The translations under genes and the position numbers were made by a program. The notes under the pieces were generated by a model. The model worked only from the letters and a program-made list of their open reading frames with translations, was not told the DNA's origin and made no database searches. A DNA stretch of 64,000 nucleotides from Podarcis tiliguerta (Eukaryota): NCBI GenBank assembly GCA_965153285.1, contig OZ229111.1. One strand, 5' to 3'. Positions 1 to 13,292 of this stretch are shown here, in pieces; within the stretch, counting starts at the first letter, position 1; the number at the start of each line of letters is the position of its first letter.

Positions 1-1963
1 GAACAACTCAGACTTTTAAAAAATCCATTGTAATTGAAGAGCACTATATCTGAATTTTTCTATCTGAATTTCCTAGCATTGGCAGATATAAAGGGCTGTG
101 TCGCACACACAACATTTCACCTATATGAATATTGGAAAGGGGGAGGGATATGTACTCTGAAGAGTGCACGTTTATCTGTTTTGCTGCGTGTGTCTGCATT
201 GGGAATCTGCAGCCAAACATGGCTTCCCATCAAAGCAAAGAGGTGCTTTGTGTTCTTCATGCGTGCATTTCTAAACATTGCTAATAACGTAATTATCACC
301 ATCTGTGCTTTCTGCATTTCATTTCCTTCAGACCTCATGGTTCGCAGTTCTCCACCCCCTCACCATGTAACACAGGATAACACTCCATGCATCTGAAGAA
401 GGGGACTGTACTTCATGAGAGATTTATGCCAGGGTATGTTGCTCTGTCAGTAAGATACCACAATACGCTTTGTTGCTTTGTCAGCTGAGGCAGCCTTACA
501 TATAGCCCAGGCAGCCCCACATCCAGACTTCTTACAGAATTAGATGTGCTAGGCTTGAGTTAGAACTGAATTCTGCGACTTCAGATCACTCTGTTAGCCT
601 ACATAGGTTGCTGTTTTCCAAACATGAAAGTGAAAAACTAAGGAAAATTGGCATGTTGATATCAATATGTAATTCACCTCCTTATGCCAAATTCACCCAG
701 CACCTACCGGTAGGTGTTTCTCCATAATATGGTCTGGAGTGAATAGCAACCCCCCCAGTCTGTAGAAGTTGGGTATTTCTCTAATTCTCTTCACCCTTTC
801 AAGCAGAGGTTGAGAAACTATTATTCTATGTGGTTCATATGCAAGGTCTACCTTGGCGTAATCTCCTGTTGTCAATATCTTAAACCGGCAATATAAAACT
901 TTCCTCTTTTGAGCTGCATTAAGCAAGTTTTGTGGAGCTGTCAGCATGCGAAGAATGAATGATCACCCATTTTTATGTAACTGAGTGCAGTGGCCCCCAA
1001 GGTGTTTTGAGCTCTGGCAGCTGCTGGGAACAATATATGACGTTTCCATCAGCCAAAGCATTGTGGAAGCAGAGATGTGGAGAAAAGCAGTGAAAGGTTT
1101 ACACCTGACCATGGCCCATGTGTCTCATACATCCATATCTGCTGGTGGCAGATGCAATGGGAAAGAATAAAGGGCTGGTCTTGGCTGTAGGAGAACAGCA
1201 GCTGAATGACAGTGGTTGGCCCAATAGGCAACAGGAAAGAACAAAGCTGTCTGTTCTGCATAGAATAATCGTAGCTACATTGCAAATGGTATGATCAGAG
1301 ATAAACAGCATAAAGGGTGATGATGGAGTCCTACAAAATGTTTCAGGAGCAGGAGACACTAATGAAGAAGACCTCAGATAACTTTTGTTGGAACAAATTT
1401 GTACTGTCCATTACTCCATCTGTATCAGATGCCCATTCTGCTATCTCCCTCCAGTGATGATGTGGAATCTGGCGTGATTTTGGCTCTTAATTTTTCACTG
1501 AGATGTTGTCTACGTTGTCTGCATGTAATGAAAGGCAAACAGGCAACTAGACAAGTAAGGATAAGATTATTATTTTTTAAAGTCACAAACTTTTGTTATT
1601 TCAAGGGGAGAAAGCAAAAGAGGACATGACCTTTTTTTGTCCTTATTGCATCATCTAAACGGACTCTCTTCCATGCTGGTCCCCATTAACCTCAGCATTC
1701 ATTTTGCTCCTCTTTTTGTCTCCTGAATAATTCCCATCACTCCTCCAAATAACACTGGCAACCTGAATTAGTGCACCCCATCACCTACTAAGGGCTGGTT
1801 TGTACTAGAGCTTTTTGAAGTATAAGTTACTGAGTGACTGGTGAGGGGTGATCATCGGAGTGCTTCACCATGCAGGCACATTGCAATTTACTACCCTATG
1901 ATTGAGCTTGCTTTCTGAAGTTTTGCAGGTGTTCCATGAACTGCAGGCTTGCTGAGTAGTAGA

Positions 1964-2109
1964 CAGGGGTGCCAACTTGAATGAAATATGGGGGAGCAGG
2001 TAAGGCCCACTCTGCATAATCAGTCACATGATGTGGTGCATGCACACAATTTAAATGGCAATGCCTATCAATTGGGGGGGGGCTGGCCCCCTAGAAGTTG
2101 GATCCTATG
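1964..2109. mobile_element. hAT MITE
   Basis: Imperfect TIRs CAGGGGTGCCAACTT / AAGTTGGATCCTATG with a perfect 8-bp TSD GTAGTAGA (1956-1963, 2110-2117). Confidence 0.8.
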
Positions 2110-2159
2110 GTAGTAGATTGAGCAGAGATCTGCTTTGCAGTGGATCCACTGCTTAACCA

Positions 2160-2265
2160 ATTGACGTTTTATTATTTTTATATGTGCTGGAAGCCGCCCA
2201 AAGTGGCTGGGGAAACCCAGCCAGATGGGCTGGGTATAAATAATAAAAATGTTGTTGTTGTTGTT
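2160..2265 (+). mobile_element. L2 3' end fragment (second family)
   Basis: TGGAAGCCGCCCAAAGTGGCTGGGGAAACCCAGCCAGATGGG motif shared with 3335-3385 and 24510-24560; microsatellite tail. Confidence 0.7.
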
Positions 2266-2559
2266 ACTCACATAATACCAAAAGGGTTTCCAAAGCAACC
2301 TTGTATCAGAGTAAAGGTTCAGTTTGACAAATGTCAATGTGGCAGTATGTTCCTGTTATTGTGGCAACAAGTTGAGTTTACTATGTGGTGCGGTCATTTT
2401 GGGTTCACTAGCAAGCTTAAGCAAAAAATAGTTCCAGTCAAACACTCATCTGATAACATCAGAGTCCTTGTTAACCAGCCAGTTTGGAGGACTCCAAAGG
2501 TTCAACTGTTGTTCTTTGTGTTGATTTGTTGCTCTAAATATATTACTGCTTTGCATATT

Positions 2560-2903
2560 TAGCCTGGAGAAGAAATGATTAAGAGGTGATATGACATCCA
2601 TTTTCAAATATTTGAAGGACTGCCATGCAGATGGTGGTGTGAATTTGTTTTCTGTTACCCTCAAGGGTAGAACTTGAACCAATGGGTTCAAATTACAAGG
2701 GGAAAAAACATTAGACTAAGCATTAGGAAGAAGATCCTAATGGCACGAGCTGTTGGACACTTGAGCAGACTACTTTGGAAGGCCGTGGGCTCTTCTTCAT
2801 TGCAGTTCTTAAAGTAGAGGATGGACCAATTAAGTCAATTTTGTGCATCAGCTGCAGGTTGGGCCAGATGACCTTCAATGTGTCCCTTCCAACTCTATTA
2901 TTC
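2560..2903 (+). mobile_element. CR1 LINE 3' fragment (degraded)
   Basis: AGCCTGGAGAAGA..AGAGGTGATATG..TTCAAATATTTGAAGG..AATGGGTTCAAATTACAAG..GATGACCTTC..TCCCTTCCAACTCTA, typical of the CR1 ORF2 end and 3'UTR. Confidence 0.8.
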
Positions 2904-3274
2904 AAACATTACAATGCGTTAAGCTAAACAAGGCATAAATCATTCAGTATTTGAAGATGATGCCTTGAATTGTATTTGCTCGCAGGCTGGCATTTGAAAA
3001 CCTTAGGTTCTTTATTTCATACTGACGTTCAGCAGTGTGCTTTGGGAGGAAAGAGTACTTACCAAGTGTTTTCTTTTGGGTGCATTATGTAAACCCGGCA
3101 GACCTACAGCTGTGCTGGAGAGTGTTAAGGGGGGAAAGTGCATGGCAAGGGAGACCATTTTGCTTGCTTAGAGAAATAAATATATTTTGTTTGACAAAAG
3201 ACTTGTCATTCCAACCAGAAATGCTTTCGTTGCCTTAAATAATAGCAGGGATCTCTAATTGTTCAATATGACCA

Positions 3275-3422
3275 AAGGGAGCCCTGTATAGGGAAGCTTT
3301 TTAATGTGTAATGTTTTGTTATGCTTTAATATATGTTGGAAGCCACTCAGAGTGGCTAGGGCAACCATGTCAGATGGGTGGGGTACATATAGAATAATAC
3401 TAAATAATACTAATACTAATAA
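3275..3422 (+). mobile_element. L2 3' end fragment (second family)
   Basis: GCCCTGTATAGGGAAG...TGGAAGCC..CAGAGTGGCT..GTCAGATGGGTGGGGTA matches 24458-24560. Confidence 0.7.
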
Positions 3423-5716
3423 TTTTGACTCCTTGAGAAAATCAAAGATTTAGGAATTCATCTACTGCAAATTTGGATAGTATGAATCTAGAATAATGGA
3501 CATTAATTAATCTAGAATAATGGGCATTCGTACATGCAATCCTGTGCATGCTTATAGGGAAGTAAGCCCCTCTGTGTTTAATGGGACTGACTGCCAGGGA
3601 AATGAGCCTGAACTGTCAGTTTGCCTCAATATGCAAGGGTGAGTCCTGTTGTGAGTTACCTTATGCTTAGCCCAGAGCATTATGGAATCCTGGTCTGGAT
3701 CAAGAAAATATATACCATAAACTTTACAACCATTTTAGGTTTGTGAGCACATTTGGAATTTTGAGATAGTGCCAGTCACAAAATGGCTGCTGTGGCTGTG
3801 TAGCATCACACAAAATGGCATGTGTGTAAGAGATGCCCAGTTAGTGACAATAATTGGGAGGGAAAAGCAAGTATTCTGTCACACACTTTGAATTTTGAGG
3901 AAATATTTAATGATACCTTTCACAGGTGCCATGAGTGTGTGTGTGTGTGTGTGTGTGTACTGTCAATCACATTTGTTGGTGACTCTGACATTACAGTGAC
4001 ATGGGGTAGATTTGCCATCTATCATATGACCATTACGGTACAGTGTGAACATATATGATATTATATAAAATGAAGTGTGAATATGTTTGAAAATGGAGAT
4101 TAATCCATTAACCCAAAATTGGGGCAGGAAAATACAAAATAACATGATTACAGGAAGACTAGGAAAGCTGAGATAAGAATCAAACCAGGACCCATTCAGT
4201 AGCTGCAAACACAAAACTTAATAAAGAGCAGGTGACAAAGCTAAGGGTTTGCCTTGTGCCTCTTGGAGAAAGGAAATTATATTGTGCCTTATAGTCCTCC
4301 TGCGAACCAGTACTGTACCAGTTGATTGTATGTGTCAAACCAGTTACTGGTACTTAACGCTTACTGGCCTGAACCAGCACCAAACCAGAATAATTGCAGC
4401 TCATCCAAAACCAGAGTTAAATGTGAAAAGCTTTTATTTTCTGCACGTGCCTGTATCTGGGGGAAAATAATTTTTAATCACCTTCATAAACATGGCTCTG
4501 TAAAGGGTTAATTAACTCTTGTTAAATAATCTAGAATAAGCTACTATGGAGCTGATTTTGGGGACCCTTGAGTTTACATTTTATTACTGCAGAGGAGAAG
4601 GAATGCAGGGTTACTCCTTGCCCCATCGCTAGACACATGGTCTTGGCAAACTGTAACCATTTATGGAATTAAAATACTGATTCCACAAGGATGTCTCTTT
4701 GTGCCTTCTGATTTGCTTTTCCAGCCTCAACTCATCGCATAATTTCGAAGAAGAATTATTTATTTCTTTTTCTGTTGTGCTGAAGATGTTACAATTTTGG
4801 CTGAAGTGTTTCAGAAGTGTTGGAACGACCATGCAGGGATTGTATTTGGAATGAAATTGCACGAAGCTGCAATGTAATACATGAGTTATGACTTCATACT
4901 TAATTTCCAAAGTGGGACACACAAGAGCAAACAGGGGCATGGCACCATGGCATGATGTGCAACTCCAGAGGGGGAGAACCCAGCAAAGTAAAACTCATGT
5001 AGAAAACTGGGAACAGGGAATAGAGTCCGTAAATTAATATACCATGTCCACATCTGATTTATATTGTGTGCTGCAGACTTTGACCCCCCTCCTTCTCTTT
5101 CTCGAGTTAATGAATAGAGCCCACCCTTCCAGTGGGTAAGGGGCTATAGAATAACTTGTGTCACAACTGTCTAAACCTAGACTGAGTAGCTATAGATGAT
5201 TGCTACTTCAATAATTTACTTTTGTGTCTTTGTTGGAGTTAGGGCAGGGGTTATATCCTATACTTTAGGGAATGGCACCTGTCTGGCTTGGTGCAGATGA
5301 AGCCAAATTGCAAAATGAGAAGTAAGAAGCCCTGACCCTTATAAGCCAAGGACACATCACCTTGAGAATCTGATGATGAGAAAGCTAAATTAAATATGAA
5401 CTGTTTGAAAAGAATGTGATAACCAGTAACCATGTCACTCTTTCTGAAACCTAATTCTGAATTGGGTTACATGCATAATAATCACTTTCTGTCCTCCTTG
5501 TTGCTGGAACTGAGCCAGTGTTAAACTGCTGGAGTTCTAGCAAATACCCGCTTTGTTCTGCAGGTTACTCTGGCTACTGCTATGTTTGCAGCATACTATA
5601 TAATCTGGATGGCATGTGGGCAGTACTCCTTGAAGCACTGAGGAGAAAAACCTGCCTGAGAATTTGTAGACCAGTTCTGGTTTGCAGAGAAGCTATGGCT
5701 TTCTCAGTTAAGATAC

Positions 5717-6038
5717 AGGTCCCATCTGAACTATGCATTTCATGCAGTACCAATACACTTTAAACAGTCACGGCTTCTCCCAGAGAATCCTGGGAGCTGT
5801 TGTTTGTTAAGGGTGGTGAGAGATGTTATGAGACCCCTCTTATTCCCACTGAGCTACAATTCAGAGTGTTTTAACCATCAATCCCTCTTCCCAGGGAACC
5901 CTGGAAATTGTAGATTCATGAGGGGAAAATAAGCCTCCTTGTAACTCCCAGCAGACTTAAACTACGCTTCTCTCAGTTCTTGAAGCCATGATTGTGGTGG
6001 TAGGGTGCTGTTTTAAATGTGTAGTGCAGATGAGGCCC
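5717..6038. mobile_element. Palindromic non-autonomous DNA element (PIF/Harbinger-like)
   Basis: Ends GGTCCCATCTGAACTA / TAGTGCAGATGAGGCC with internal inverted blocks. Related pieces occur at about 27140-27510 and 27765-27925. The superfamily assignment is tentative. Confidence 0.55.
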
Positions 6039-7509
6039 TAATGGCAAACAGCTTTGCTTCAAAGGAAAAAGTGCAGGAAGGTGCAAGAAGAGGAAGCAAT
6101 GCTAGCAAGTGAGTTTGGATTCGTCCTTAAGGAAGGCATAGTTTAAGAAGACAATAGTGTCCAAAGGTGGGACTCATAATCTTCATTAACCTTTCACACT
6201 TCTTCGCCTAATTCAAGCACTGGGAGAGGAAGTATATGAGCCTTATATACAGTCATGTGGCTCCAAACCATAGTTTGGCGCTACACATGAATTAGCCAAA
6301 GTGTGGAGGGCATATATGTATTTACACAAAGGTTTTTGTCACATCCATGTTTTAATTCATTCCTATAAGGAAAAAACTACTCACTTCAATCTTCCTTTTG
6401 TTGTCTAAAAGTTCAGTATGATTTAAAAAGAGTGTTGCTGTCTAACCAACTCAGAACAAACCCAGGTTGGTTATTTCCTTAAGAATATTCGTACTAACAC
6501 AGTCAAGGATTTGTATGCAAACAGCTTTCCATTTCTCTGAGTGTTCAGCTACCCCTTGCTGTGAAAATATTCTCCAAACCTACCCAAAAGTTTGTAGAAT
6601 TTTTATTTTTTATTTTTTTGTAATGGAAGCCTGATTTCACTTTGTAGCAGCCCAGGAGAAAATCCATTTAAATGCCCAACATCATCATAGAAATCCTATA
6701 ATCCTTGGACCAAGCTTTGCATCAGGAATCGTTTTCAGACACAATCAAGAGACAAAAATGGGAAAGAGGGTGATTTCCTTCTGAGAGGGAGAAAGATTTT
6801 GAAGGGCTGTTAAATTGGAGCCTCAATGGGCTTGAATTAATGTCTTAATGCTATTGAGACTTTTTCTCTCTCTCAAAAGCAGAACCGTGGACATCCTGCA
6901 AGGCTCTTGTCAAGAGAGCCTATTTCTGGAATGGGTGGTATGCAACCATCCATTCTCATTAATTGCTGTAGCTTAACCTAGTGTCATCCCTGACCTGCCA
7001 GGACTCAGCTGGCACCGCAGCAGAAGCCTGTCATCCATTTCTGCCTGCTTTTTCTGAATCTCATTTGCATGCACATTCCAAGGCCCTGGAATATTCCTCA
7101 TTGTGCTTTTCAAGCAGGAGCCACAGTGGTAAAAGACCCAAGGTTTTAGCAAGATCAGCGAGCAGGCTGGTGCTTTTGCTTGTATGTAGCCACATTTCAG
7201 GGTGTTCACAACTTAAGTTAAACCTATTCTCAGTTATGGGTCAAATCATGCCACCTGTTGTACTCTACTTTTCCGCCCCTTGTCTGTTATGCATGTGAGT
7301 TGGGACCTATCCTCTTTTATAGCAGATAGCCCTTTTAAAATTTTTTAATAAGGAGATGGGGAACCTTAGGCCCAGAGGCCTTCCAGGCCTCAGTATCCAT
7401 CTCTTAGATTTCTCCTCAGGTTAAGCCTTTTACTCAGGCCAGACCCCCTTATAGGCCCTGCTGCATATCCTCCTCGAGTGCTTTTGGCCGGCTGGGATGT
7501 TTCCTTGTA

Positions 7510-7735
7510 CAGTGGTACCTCGGGTTACATACGCTTCAGGTTACAGACTCTGCTAACCCAGAAATAGTGCTTCAGGTTAAGAACTTTGCTTCAGGATGAG
7601 AACACAAATCGTGCTCCGGTGGCACAGCGGCAGCAGGAGGCCCCATTAGCTAAAGTGGTGCTTCAGGTTAAGAACAGTTTCAGGTTAAGAACGGACTTCC
7701 GGAACAAATTAAGTACTTAACCCAAGATACCACTG
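7510..7735. mobile_element. Tigger/pogo (Tc1-mariner) MITE
   Basis: TA|CAGTGGTACCTCGGGTTA ... TAACCCAAGATACCACTG|TA with internal CAGGTTAAGAAC repeats. It sits inside an older hAT-like element at about 7350-7800. Confidence 0.88.
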
Positions 7736-8179
7736 TAATATCTCTTCCATGTCTGGATGGAGGGGTGTACACGTGTGTGTGGAAACCTCTGACTTCCGTG
7801 TGGCTGGAATTGCAGCCTACTTTGTAAAAGTTAGAGTCAAATTTGTTGCTCTGTCCCCTTTTGCTTCTGGCCCTGTTCAACACTGACACTGGGCCCTTGG
7901 AAGTTGGCCTACAAACGGAAACAGTTTTCCAACCTCTGCTGCTCTGTATCGTCAGCAAAGTTGGGTGTTTCTTTTGCCATTTGTACGGAGGCCGAATTGA
8001 TTCTGAATGCATTGACAGGATTTCCAAACTGCCTGGAAATAAGCCCTGAAAATGCCCTGGTGCTGCATACAAAATTGAATAGGTCAAGATACAACACAGA
8101 GGCAGGAGAGCAATCAGAGCTCTGAAACTTTCAGCACATCCAGGACCATCGTTCCAAGGCTGTGTGACAGTAGCCAGAC

Positions 8180-8345
8180 CATAGCTGTCAACCTTCCCTT
8201 TTTTGTGTGGGAAATTCCCTTATTTCAGTGCCGTTTCCCGCTGCTTCCTGCTGCTATCCCAGATTGTTAGATATCCTGTAAACTGTCCCCGGGACAGGTG
8301 AGGCTGCTGATCCCTTATTTTCAAATCTGAAAGTTGACAGCTATG
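8180..8345. mobile_element. hAT MITE
   Basis: TIRs CATAGCTGTCAAC / GTTGACAGCTATG with a perfect 8-bp TSD AGCCAGAC (8172-8179, 8346-8353). Confidence 0.92.
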
Positions 8346-8474
8346 AGCCAGACTGTAACCAGGTTCTGTCATGAACCTCCCTTGCGCTGGTCAGCACCTC
8401 ACACTCTGGCCAAAATAGGGGACCAGCCAGATAAGAAGGACCAGAAATGAAGGCCTGAATCAGAGCCTGCATGC

Positions 8475-8830
8475 CGTGAGTGGGGAACCTCAAGCACAGA
8501 GCCTTCAGTTCTCTCATAACTCTTCCCAGGCGATACTTTTCACTGGTCCTGCATCATACCTTGAGGGTTTTTGCCTGACTGTAATATGTCATTGAACTCT
8601 GATAATGCCTCTTGCTCATCTATGGACGACAGGTAGGGCTAGGTGGGTGTAGAAACTAGCCTATTGTGCAAAGGTAAACTTTTCATTTGCTGCACCGCCC
8701 GTGTTTGTCTCTGGCTCCACTGGCCACTACCATGTGGCCCTCAGGAGGTTGTGCAGAAGGAAATGTGGATCTCTGCCCTTCCTCCCCCCCCCCCCCCCCC
8801 GGTAAGTCTAGAAAACCTTGAATCGCCCTG
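8475..8830. mobile_element. Older ~350-bp hAT-like element
   Basis: The GTGGGGAACCTC start and internal blocks are similar to about 7350-7800 and 13795-14197. Boundaries are approximate. Confidence 0.5.
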
Positions 8831-11800
8831 GGCTCTTCGGATGAAGGGTGGTACACAAATAAAATTAACAACAACAGTCCAGTGAGCATGCACAGTTGAG
8901 AAAGTGTACACAGTCTCCTCCTTGCTGGCCTTGGGAGGCAGGTAAGATGTTGGCTTCAGTTGAAAGTTGAAAATTGACTATTGTCCCACACTATAAATTG
9001 ATTTTCACTCTGCTATTTATTTTTTTAAAATAATAATTAGTTTTTTTGGGAGTTTGTTTGTCCTGAGTGATATTTAGTGGTGTTTGCTGTTGTCTTTAAC
9101 CCTCCCCCCCCCCTTTAAAATTAATGAAAAACGGTCTAGGAAGGCCTGCAAATGAGTGAGTGAGTGAATGAATGTAAAATTCCTAGAACATTTCCCAGTA
9201 TGAAATTCAAGACAGCCATAACAAACTTAAAATGCAAAGCTAATTGACAAATTATTGCAAACACCCAAAGCAATACGACCACATTAAAGGCAGAGTTTCA
9301 AAACACAAATCCAAAAGGCCTGGGAGAATTTTTAAAAAAGGTTTCATTTGGCCCTCTAAGAACAATATACTTGGTGGTAGACAGACCTCTCTGGTGGGCA
9401 GGGGCAGCCCAGACACTCATATTTAAAAGGTAATACTCCCCTCTCTAGCTGGGAAATATCTTCAGATTTCATCCACCCACCTACCTCTGAAAGGTTGGTA
9501 TTTGGGACTTTTCACCCCACCTCCAAAAATGTTTCAGCCCAGCACTAATCCTGAGCCATTTCACACATACATACATTTTAAAACAGGGGACATCATAGGT
9601 GTACACTTAAAAGGTATGATATTTAGAGAGGCTCTGTGTAGTTCTATGCATGGCAATGTAGAATACTGGCAGGCACAGTTCATGGGGAGAGTTAGCTGTT
9701 TTTCTGGCAGTTGCTTACAATGGGCTGCTGACATTGAGAAAACCTCCCCAGCCAGGAGGAAACAGTAGGGTGGAAATTAGCAGCATTGTTGTCCCAGGTT
9801 TGTATAATATTGTGATTGTTTCACTAGGCACATCCACTTGTCTTGAAGAAAAGAATCAAGAATGCATGAAACACTTCTCAGTTTTAAAACTGATCTGGAT
9901 AATTACGTGAAGGATATCCTTATGGTGCATGCATGTTAATTGGTTGTCTCAGTAGAGGCCTGCTGGGAGATTGGGAACGAGTGCCTCCCTCCCTCTTCCC
10001 CATCTTAAGTTTTTGCTCATTCTCCACACCCTCTCCACATCAGTGAGAATCACAGCTGAAGATGAAATATCAGATGGGTTGGATTTGCACTGGAGAGCTA
10101 AGAACACTTAGTCTTTGAAGAGGTTCGACGGACAGGTTTCTCTTTCATGCTTTGATTCTGCTGCTCACCATATGCTAGATTGGGAAGGAATTTTCCCTCT
10201 GGAACATTAGCTAGTGACCTGGCTCCCTCCCTCCCTCCCCTGCCTTCACTTGTAGCATAAAGTACATAGCAGCAAGAATATGTGTGCCTGAGCTACCAGG
10301 GTGCATGGGTGCCCTGCTATGTTACACTTCAGTCTATCCTACTAACCTCCTTAGGTGCTTAGGAACATAGGAAGCTGCTTTTTACTGAGAGCATCGGCCT
10401 ACCCATCTCAGTATTTGTCTAACACTAACTCTTAGAGGCTCTGCAGTGTTTCAGACAGGGGTCTCTGCCAGCCCTACCTAAAGATGCTGGAAATTACTGA
10501 CCCTTCTGCATGTTAGGCAGATGCTGTGCTACTGTGGTCCTCTATCTTCAGGTTCAGGTGATGGACTAGATAAACTATGCACATCCCTTTCACCCTAACA
10601 GCCTTACTTTGGGAAGGCTGAGATGTTTGTTCATTGCTCCTTTTGCTGCAGCAGGTTCCTTTGGGCAACCTGGCTGCTACTGTGGATAGTAGTTGCCGGA
10701 CCAAATATTGTCTAGTTGAGGGACCACATATTTCTCTGTACTTCCAAAGGCACATTGAGATTGGATTTAGGGAGGAGTCTTGTCCAGCCACAAGATCCAG
10801 CTTCTTGATGCATCAGACGCTGCTGTGGGCTGTAATCACCTGGATCATTTGTTTGTTCTTGCTGAGTTGGTTGACCAGAGACTTCTGTAATCTCACTGGA
10901 GCTGGCCCTACTATTCTCTTTGCACAGTTTTCCTTTTTACCTTTTGCATGTGCTCCTGAAGTTGTGGCAGCAGCTGAAAAATTCAATAAGACTTCTGGTG
11001 CCCTGGCTAATTGAAGTGTTTTCCTTTGTCAGCTGCTCGGCTCAAACAACGTCAAGTACAAAGCGGTAGCCATCAGCACTTTGTGTATCTCCAAAATCCC
11101 ATTAGTGGTAAAAAGAGCTTGAAGTTTCATTTGCAGAAAAGAAAAAGGAGGGGGAAACAGGGAGGGAGAGAATAAGAAAGGGGGCAGGAAACTTCCATCA
11201 TCTGTGCATTAACATATCACCCTGAGCGCAGCCAGTCTCAGAGTCACTTTTCCTCTCACAACTATGAGAATTTTTAATCAAGGTGCAGCATTATATTAGA
11301 AGGACATTTATTAGCTTCAGGGGGTGATATGCTGATCAGAGGGTTTGCTGATAAAATTAGGAGTTATTATTTTTTTTTAAAAGTAAATAAAACTTTCAGC
11401 CAATGCAATGCATTCTCTTTCCTTTCTGCCCATCTTTTCCTGGAGGTATGTTTGTTACTGCAAAATTACAGAAGTCCCGAATAGCAACAGCAATGAGAAT
11501 TCTAATGCTCTGTTGATGCACAGCAAATAAATAGCCAACATTTTGAGGGAGGGTCAAACTGCTTAAAAAGGCAGTGATCTTTATAGTGCCTCATATGCAA
11601 GAATATGTGGCGAATACAGGATATTTCAGAACGTTATTTGACCTAAACTTCAAAGGTTTTCCATTTTGTCCAAGGCTGCCTATAGAGCAGTATAGTACTG
11701 AATTTGGATGTGGGGTGACTCTCATTAGGTCATTTTAGGCAAGTTCCCTAGTTCTTTCCCCACAAGGTTGCTGCAATGATAAATGAAATTAGCAGCACTG

Positions 11801-12425
11801 AACTGTGTAAAGAGAAGCAGCTTTAATCTGTTGCACAAGTCAAAGGGCACTTCCAGGTGACCTGTTTATCAAGTATTCATCCTGATCTCTTTGCAGAGAG
11901 GCTAGATGACGTGGGCTATTAGGTGAGTATTTGTCCTGATTAGTTTGTGGGGAGGTTAGATGAAGTTGCATCAAGCAAGTGGTATCCCACACTTTATAGG
12001 GCATTTCCCTGTTACTTTCCGCATGGTTAAAAAATCCCAATATTTAGGGGAAGCAGGCTTTCTTTACAGTGTGACATAGCACCAATCCCATTGTAGCACT
12101 CTGCCCCATATTAGAATGGGATGCTGCCAAGTTTCAAGTGGTGTCATAGCATTTGTTTCGTTGTTTTTTAAAGAAAAAAGGGGTAAACCCTCAGCTACCC
12201 ATTAACTGCTTCCCACAATTGATGGGAGTCCTGAAGTGATTTACAGAACAAAAAATAAAATATAGAAAACACAATACTGAGTACATATAGTGTTGATCCG
12301 AAAGAATAACTTAAAAACAGGAAAAAGCCCTCCATTCTAGACCAAACCATTTTCATCTAGGCTTCCCACAAGTTGTCAAAATGCTGTGATAAACAAGGAG
12401 GTGAAAAACTATATCAAAGGTATTT

Positions 12426-12605
12426 TTTAAATAAATAAATAAATAAATTTGCATTTTGTAATATTTTAACAACAAAAATTCAATCTAAACAAATCCAACC
12501 TGCTTTTTCTTTCCTCCCCCTCCCTCTGCGGTTTCCTATTTTACATTGTAATCTTACTGCATAACCAATTCAAACCTATTCACAAGTTTAACCTTTTTAT
12601 TCCCT
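12426..12605 (-). mobile_element. Short retroposed insert (L1-like 3' end) with a 19-bp TSD
   Basis: AACTATATCAAAGGTATTT at 12407-12425 and 12606-12624 flanks a 180-nt AT-rich insert that starts with a T-run and (TAAA)n. Confidence 0.7.
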
Positions 12606-12814
12606 AACTATATCAAAGGTATTTGTGAGAAAGATATGAAGCAAGACATGAGATTAGAATTGGATGTGGCTGCTTTAATTCTTGAAATCTTGCCTATGCT
12701 GAGTGATGGGCTAATGCTATATGATCTTTGATAAACCCTTTGCTTTTATATTCCTGTCTAATTGCTTGGCTAAAGGGTGTAATAATGAAACTTGAAATAA
12801 GGTACCACAAAATA

Positions 12815-12875
12815 AGCCTTGTGTCATTTAAAGACTAACAAATTTATTATGTCATAAGCTTTTGTGGACTACAAA
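12815..12875 (-). mobile_element. Penelope-like terminal fragment
   Basis: TAAAGACTAACAAATTTATTATG.CATAAGCTTTTGTGGACTACA. A more decayed + strand copy lies at about 390-480. Confidence 0.6.
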
Positions 12876-13254
12876 AAGAAAATGATAATGCTCATGGGCA
12901 TGTGCATTTTCACAACGTTTAGCTCAGTGGAACACACACACACAAAAAAAAAACATTTTGCCAAACTTCATAAACACTTAATGCTTTGGGCCAGTCACCA
13001 ATTCTCAGCCTAACCTGCCTCACATGACCATTCCAAAGTTACAGAAGGAGATATGAAAGTTCCTATAGCCCAAGTGATGCTGCTTTGTGCTATAAAGGGT
13101 CAAGTTTTTTTCCTGATTCTTACACGTGCAAATGTTTAAACCAATCTTAAGATGACCTGATGGTCGCATATTTTAGATGCATAAGTTCTGTTTGCCATCT
13201 GTAGAAGAGGAGAGGTGGGAAGGAAAGAGGCAGAACCTCTTTGAATAGTTTTCA

Positions 13255-13256
<2 letters not shown>

Positions 13257-13290
<34 letters not shown>
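13257..13290. repeat. (GT)n microsatellite
   Basis: Read directly. Other GT/CA tracts lie at about 3935-3958, 22107-22143, 38224-38251, 62696-62727 and 62797-62818. Confidence 0.95.
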
Positions 13291-13292
<2 letters not shown>

